Shown here: positions 60,829-64,000 of the stretch, piece after piece
Numbering within the stretch: position 1 is the first letter of the stretch
Layout of the letters: each line of letters starts with the position of its first letter
Origin: Bdellovibrionota bacterium
GTDB taxonomy: Bacteria; Bdellovibrionota_C; UBA2361; JBGSMV01
Direction: 5' to 3'
NCBI GenBank assembly: GCA_044356455.1
Contig: JBIKWF010000006.1
Coordinates: forward strand, 21,018-85,017
Length of the DNA stretch: 64,000 bases
Notes under the pieces: model-generated
The model's database searches: none
The model's input: the letters and a program-made list of their open reading frames with translations, nothing else
Told to the model about the DNA's origin: nothing
Position numbers and translations under genes: made by a program

Positions 60829-60904
60829 ACGCCCTTCTTTTCAAGCGATGAGCTCTTACTGCACATGGTTATGATGCCTCTTAGTTAAAGAGTGACCGGA
60901 CATA

Positions 60905-62017
60905 TTAATCAAGCGCGAAGATCGGGCTCGGGCCTATTACTGGTGAATCCGAGAAAAGTGCACTCGGGTCCTGAGGCTCAGGAGCCACTTCCTTCTTCAC
61001 TTCTTCCTCAGGCTTACCTGGAGGAGGCGCCGGAGGTAGCTTAAGCTTGATGGTAATACGGCGGTTTGAGGCAGCCTCAGGCTGGTCAGGCACTTTAAGG
61101 TCCCGGTCCGCCATTCCAAGCACACTCTGAATTTTCCCTGGACTTACTCCTTGGCGCTCAAGGAGCCTTCGAGCAGCGTTTGCTCTATCAGCCGAGAGTT
61201 CCCAGTTCGTGTAATTCTGAAAGCGATTAGAGAATGGTTTCGCGTCAGTGTGACCGGAGACCTCAACTGGAAAATCTACTTGCCGGATAAACTTTGCGAT
61301 TTGACTGAAGGCCGGAGTAGCGTCGGTAGTAACTTGAGCACTTCCAGCCGAGAACATAGAAGTATCTTCTGTGTCGAGAATATCTATTTTAATTCCGTCT
61401 GGCTCGACAGTAACCGTAACTTCACCGAGCATCTTTTTTAGTTCTGGGCTAAGCGCGAGCTCTTTTTGAAGCTGCCCAGCCATCTTCTTGAGGGTTTCAT
61501 CATTTCCGCCCCCCTTCTCTTTATCCACGGCCCCCTTAATGGTGCCGCCCCCTATTCCAGGAACCTGCTCAGGCTGCTTGCGCTCGCCCGAACGTGGACC
61601 ACCCTTTTGCCCAGCCCCGTCCTGTGAGCCATGATCTCCATGGGAATCCGCCCCGCGAGCCACCGCAGATTTAGGATCTTCATTCGGCTTCATTTCACTT
61701 TTAGGTAGTGGAGTGGACGCATTCGCTCCGACTTGAATGGCACTTTTTGGGTTTGGCGCGAACTGCTCCTTAAGAATACCAGCGCCGCCAAGCTGGAGCG
61801 GCCTTCCGGTTCCGGTATCAAAAATACCAGGCTTTCTAAAATAAGCTGCGATGGCTTCCTTGGTCGGGTTTTGGGCCGTGTTCACAAGCCACATAACCAT
61901 GAAGAAGGCCATCATAGCGGTAACGAAGTCAGCGTAAGCAACTTTCCACGCGCCGCCGTGATGCCCACCGTGGGAACCTTTCTTCTTAACTACGATGATT
62001 GGTTTATCGTCAGCCAT
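60905..62017 (-). CDS. motB: Flagellar stator MotB
   Basis: HGGAWKVAYADFVTAMMAFF, OmpA-like GHTD, NWELSADRA, NRRI. Confidence 0.95.
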   Translation of the reverse strand: MADDKPIIVVKKKGSHGGHHGGAWKVAYADFVTAMMAFFMVMWLVNTAQNPTKEAIAAYFRKPGIFDTGTGRPLQLGGAGILKEQFAPNPKSAIQVGANASTPLPKSEMKPNEDPKSAVARGADSHGDHGSQDGAGQKGGPRSGERKQPEQVPGIGGGTIKGAVDKEKGGGNDETLKKMAGQLQKELALSPELKKMLGEVTVTVEPDGIKIDILDTEDTSMFSAGSAQVTTDATPAFSQIAKFIRQVDFPVEVSGHTDAKPFSNRFQNYTNWELSADRANAARRLLERQGVSPGKIQSVLGMADRDLKVPDQPEAASNRRITIKLKLPPAPPPGKPEEEVKKEVAPEPQDPSALFSDSPVIGPSPIFALD

Positions 62018-62061
62018 GGTGTTACCGCTCGCCTACCGCCCTCCTAGAGAGGGGCGAGGCA

Positions 62062-62925
62062 TTACTTCTTCGCATCCTTCACAATCTGCTCGAGTTCTTC
62101 ACCCGTAGGACGGAACGTTGAGGGAATAGTCTTGCGCGCAAACTCAAGAGCTACTTGGGGAGGAGCTCCACCCGCAAAGGAAACAAGCCCCGCTTGCACG
62201 CACTTAAGCACTGCAGTTTGGTCGCGAACGATGCTCTCCATCTTGGAGCCGACCGGACCCACGATACAGTAACAGAGAAAGATTCCTAGCATGGTACCTA
62301 CGAGAGCAACGGCAACATGGTGACCAATTTCAGCGGGAGGACCATCGAGGAATTGCATGGTGATAATAATACCAAGCACCGCGGCAACAATTCCTACTGC
62401 CGGGAAGGCATCAGCAGTGTTCTTTACCGCACCAGGGTAGATCAATTCCTCTTCGTGGTGAGTCTCAATCTCTGTGTCCAAGAGACGCTCAAGATCGAAC
62501 GCATTCACTACACCGTCTACGAATAAGCGCAGGGCACCCGTAAAGGTCTCCATTAGATGGTGGTCATGAGATGCACGGGGATATTTGTTAAACCTTACGC
62601 TCTCGTGAGGATTGGAGAGGTCGCCTTCAATTCCGAGAACACCCTCCTTTCTCATCGTGTCGAAAACGCTCGCCATCAGTCCAAGGAGCTGCGTAAAGAG
62701 CTCCTTGTCGACCCCGCTTCCTTTCACACTTTGCATGATCTTCGAGGGGAGCTTCTTTAGGACATAGCCCGGGTGACTGGTAATAGTAGCAAAAATACCA
62801 CACCCAATAATTACAATGTACTCGTAAGGCTGTATAAGAATGGCCACGAGCCCAAAGCCGCCCGGACCACCAAGTCCGATGGCGACGCAGACGCAGCTTC
62901 CAATAAGACCTACTATTACGCCCAT
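62062..62925 (-). CDS. motA: Flagellar stator MotA
   Basis: RKEGVLGIE, PAVGIVAAVLGII, ALVGTMLGI, EFARK. Confidence 0.95.
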   Translation of the reverse strand: MGVIVGLIGSCVCVAIGLGGPGGFGLVAILIQPYEYIVIIGCGIFATITSHPGYVLKKLPSKIMQSVKGSGVDKELFTQLLGLMASVFDTMRKEGVLGIEGDLSNPHESVRFNKYPRASHDHHLMETFTGALRLFVDGVVNAFDLERLLDTEIETHHEEELIYPGAVKNTADAFPAVGIVAAVLGIIITMQFLDGPPAEIGHHVAVALVGTMLGIFLCYCIVGPVGSKMESIVRDQTAVLKCVQAGLVSFAGGAPPQVALEFARKTIPSTFRPTGEELEQIVKDAKK

Positions 62926-63152
62926 GCCTAAAACCCGTGGAAATCCCTCCTAACCACGCGAGGGCCCTCGCAAGAGGGTGGTGTTAGTAGGTTTGATGAC
63001 CCAGTTTCTGGAGGCGGTGCAAATATTGGTCAAACATGGTTGCAGTAGAGCCCTCTTAAGGAGCTCCGGGACCTGTTTTCTCACTCACCTAAAGGGCGGA
63101 GCAGCACGCTCTACCCAAGAGTCTGTTGCGCTTCGGTTCTTCTGTCCAAGCT

Positions 63153-64000
63153 TCAACTTTCGATCGGCGCATTTAAAATCGCCTTCGCTTTCCCCACCAG
63201 CTTAGCAAGCTCGTTAGGTTGTAGTTCGTCGAAGATCTGATAAGGCAGCGAAATGCGAAGTGAGAGACCGGCCGCCTCTCGTAGCGACATGCTTCTGCGG
63301 CTGCTTAAGAAGATATTTATGCCCTCAAATTCAGCGTCGACTCTAATCTCTGGTTTTATTGAGGTGCTGACTCCGTCGGTCAGTTTAGCTTGCAGAGATT
63401 CGGCAATACGATCGCAGACTTTATCAGAGGGTTCATCCCTATTTTTTTCTATGAAAGTGGATGAAAGCGCCAAAGTTCCAACCGTGACCTCAGCACTTTG
63501 GTCCTCAAGTAATACTCGGCACCTGGTGCCCCGGTCGCTTCCCAAAGCTGCACGGAGCGCGCCCTGTGCTTTTGAAACCAGCGCGTCCTTTGCTGCTGCT
63601 GCGGCAGCTTTTTGGCTTCTCCTGGTTTCTATTGCGCTCTTGTACTCTTCGACGGCGGCTGCTCCCATGCGACTCAGTTCTTTTGACGCGCTCTCTATCG
63701 CGGCAATTTTTTCGGGGGTGCTGCAGATTTTTACCCAGCTATCAACCACTCGCATTGCGTTTGTTTTCGAGTACACCGCCTGCTGACCTTCTTTGGGAAG
63801 AAGCATGAACGAAAAGCAAAGAAACTGGCTCGTGTCCACCACGACGGGCTCAAAGCGATTTTCATGCAAAAGGAATTGAATGGCCCGACTCGGATACACA
63901 AAGTTAGAAGCGTTGGTATGGTGGGTAAAAGCGCCTCCTCCCCAAACCAGTTCACAATCAAGTTCTTGCGCAAGGAGGGACACCAGCTCGAGCGCCTTGT
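63153..64000 (-). CDS. Hypothetical protein (N-terminus probably outside the window)
   Basis: Frame stays open to the window edge; no recognised motif. Confidence 0.6.
   Translation of the reverse strand, partial: KALELVSLLAQELDCELVWGGGAFTHHTNASNFVYPSRAIQFLLHENRFEPVVVDTSQFLCFSFMLLPKEGQQAVYSKTNAMRVVDSWVKICSTPEKIAAIESASKELSRMGAAAVEEYKSAIETRRSQKAAAAAAKDALVSKAQGALRAALGSDRGTRCRVLLEDQSAEVTVGTLALSSTFIEKNRDEPSDKVCDRIAESLQAKLTDGVSTSIKPEIRVDAEFEGINIFLSSRRSMSLREAAGLSLRISLPYQIFDELQPNELAKLVGKAKAILNAPIES

Overview
Bacterial chromosomal window of roughly 52% GC (by eye). A fused ccoNO, a monoheme ccoP, an alpha-2-macroglobulin/pbpC pair and many orphan secreted proteins suggest a Bdellovibrionota/deltaproteobacterial-like lineage; this is inference only. 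Recognisable genes: ABC exporter, apaG, tRNA-Thr(CGT), fabH, two Bor-like lipoproteins, flgM-like, msrB, a DEAD-box helicase, a complete cbb3 oxidase and assembly cluster, Mn-type SOD, heme A synthase, an inverted-domain photolyase, a MenA1/MenT1-like toxin-antitoxin pair, pbpC plus alpha-2-macroglobulin, and motAB. No integrase, transposase, prophage or CRISPR array is visible. The most unusual content is: (i) three families of small dispersed palindromic elements, chiefly a ~130-bp MITE with 15-bp terminal inverted repeats, YTAR target duplications that often coincide with stop codons, and an internal hairpin of periodic CTCTGTG/CACAGAG units; (ii) a 120-bp tandem repeat directly behind the tRNA; (iii) a run of orphan proteins with effector-like or degenerate enzyme domains (ART-like, DOT1-like methyltransferase, EF-hand/calpain-like protease, RNB pseudo-nuclease, beta-propeller); and (iv) candidate sigma28 and sigma54 promoters that link orphan proteins, including a dockerin-repeat protein, to specific regulons. 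All calls come from reading the sequence; no searches were run.
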